Below, in pieces: positions 62,901 through 64,000 of a stretch of DNA of 64,000 nucleotides. The notes beneath the pieces were generated by a model. It saw only the letters and a program-made list of their open reading frames with translations, was not told where the DNA came from and made no database searches. The stretch's first letter is position 1; each line of letters opens with the position of its first letter. The translations under genes were made by a program, and so were the position numbers. Origin of the DNA: Chromera velia (taxonomy: Eukaryota); contig JAHBMJ010000057.1 in NCBI GenBank assembly GCA_018398765.1, forward strand, positions 62,001-126,000. The letters are read 5' to 3'.

Positions 62901-64000
62901 GTTGATTTCTCGCAACTCACTGACCGCAAGTTCAAAAAGCCAAATTTTATCTCTCCCTCCCGCGCTAAGCCCCTTACAGAAGCTATTGATTACAGGTGAA
63001 GAATGAAAGACACACAGCCTGTATTGCACCAACCAACTTTGTTAATCTTTGGTCTGTCTGTCTGTCTGTCTGCTGACCGCATGCAGTACCTTCTGCACAA
63101 CCGCATCTTCCTCCGAGGAAAGGAGACGCTCTCTTCTGGAGAGACCATCCGACTGGAGCAGATTCTGTTCGTTCTCGGAAGTTCTATCCCGGGACTGCCC
63201 TTCAGGTCAGAACTATCTGCTTCATTGATTTTCATTGCATTCTGTATTGAAGAATTCTGTGCTAAATTCAATGCATATCCCGGGACTGCCCTTCAGGTCA
63301 GAACTATCTGTTTGGAGGTGCTCGTTCGGGTCTGCGAAAGGAATTTCCTTAATTCTTCGCCGTCTCTTGACTTTCTTTTCTTCTTTGTCTTAGCGATTCT
63401 TCTTCATTGGTTCTGCTGTTCTCTCTTGACCTCTGGATGTCTTTGGGAGTTTTATTCCGCCGACAGCCTGTCTCTTCCTTCTTTCAACTTTCTTTCCACG
63501 CACGCGTGTAGACGGAGCATCGAGGACCTTCTTTTGCATTGATTTTGATACGGAATTCTTTCCAATCATACAGAATTCGTATGAAAGTCAATGCATGCAT
63601 CTTTCCACGCACGCGTGCAGACGGAGCATCGAGGACCTTCTTCGTTGGTTGGGCCACGAGAGAGTGGAGCAGTGCGCAGAGGAGACGGGAGGACACGGAG
63701 GGGTGCCGCCCCTCACGAAGGAACAATGGGACGGGAAAATGAGAGAGTGGCGGCTGGGTCTGCTGCCTAGGCTGCAGCCCGGGGAGGTGCCTAAGAGCGT
63801 GACCTGTCCGAAGAACCATAACCTTCTGACCTGTCAGACATGGCATCTTCTCCATGTCCTCGCTGCCTCTGCTGATGCGTCGTTTGCAGCACACCCGTTT
63901 GAGTCGCCTTCAGAGAGAAGGCTGTCCTTTCCTGCCACCCCGCTTCAGATTCAAGAGACGGTTCATGCCCTTGTGACTTCCTTCTTTACTTGCGAGGACT
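59906..64000 (+). CDS. QSOX: QSOX-type sulfhydryl oxidase (signal peptide + thioredoxin domain + Erv1/ALR domain); runs off the 3' end of the window
   Basis: Exons 59906-60125, 60728-60876, 61316-61428, 61959-62059, 62523-62827, 63087-63205 and 63621->64000. Trx domain VVFFYSPFCPKCMGFRRVFEEAAK..VAVDC..HLC..FPLVRAF; helical region RLADSLNFLQYLLHN; Erv domain TCQTWHLLHVL and FFTCED[C] at the window edge. Confidence 0.88.

Noticed and set aside
1..64000. tRNA/rRNA genes or prokaryotic operons and defence systems
   Set aside because: None recognisable by eye; the sequence is spliceosomal-intron-rich eukaryotic DNA. tRNAscan-SE or Infernal would be needed to exclude small RNAs.

Overview
Intron-rich eukaryotic DNA with GT(C/G)AG donors, TGCAG acceptors and many microsatellites. 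The style suggests a chromerid alveolate such as Chromera; this is inference, not verified. Most entries in the ORF track are repeat artefacts, so gene models were built by hand from splice sites and phases. Contents: (1) 3' half of a calpain (+, <1-1466). (2) A minus-strand gene of at least 11 exons (10282 to <=5334) encoding an Skp1 domain joined in frame to leucine-rich repeats. (3) A 63-exon, ~4,626-aa surface receptor (+, 15869-51028) with signal peptide, lectin-like repeats, 38 EGF and 8 PAN/Apple modules, a GPS-like motif, a TM helix, a ~1,200-aa low-complexity loop and further TM helices (polycystin-1/adhesion-receptor-like). (4) Two nested non-autonomous DNA transposons (52769-54651). 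(5) A frameshifted NTPase + nuclease-fold pseudogene broken by an 8x59-bp repeat. (6) The 5' part of a QSOX sulfhydryl oxidase (+, 59906 to >64000). The most unusual signal is a recurring structure, seen about 20 times: a 20-50 bp local duplication, often spanning an exon boundary, whose two copies are separated by a short filler from a few recurring, mostly palindromic families.
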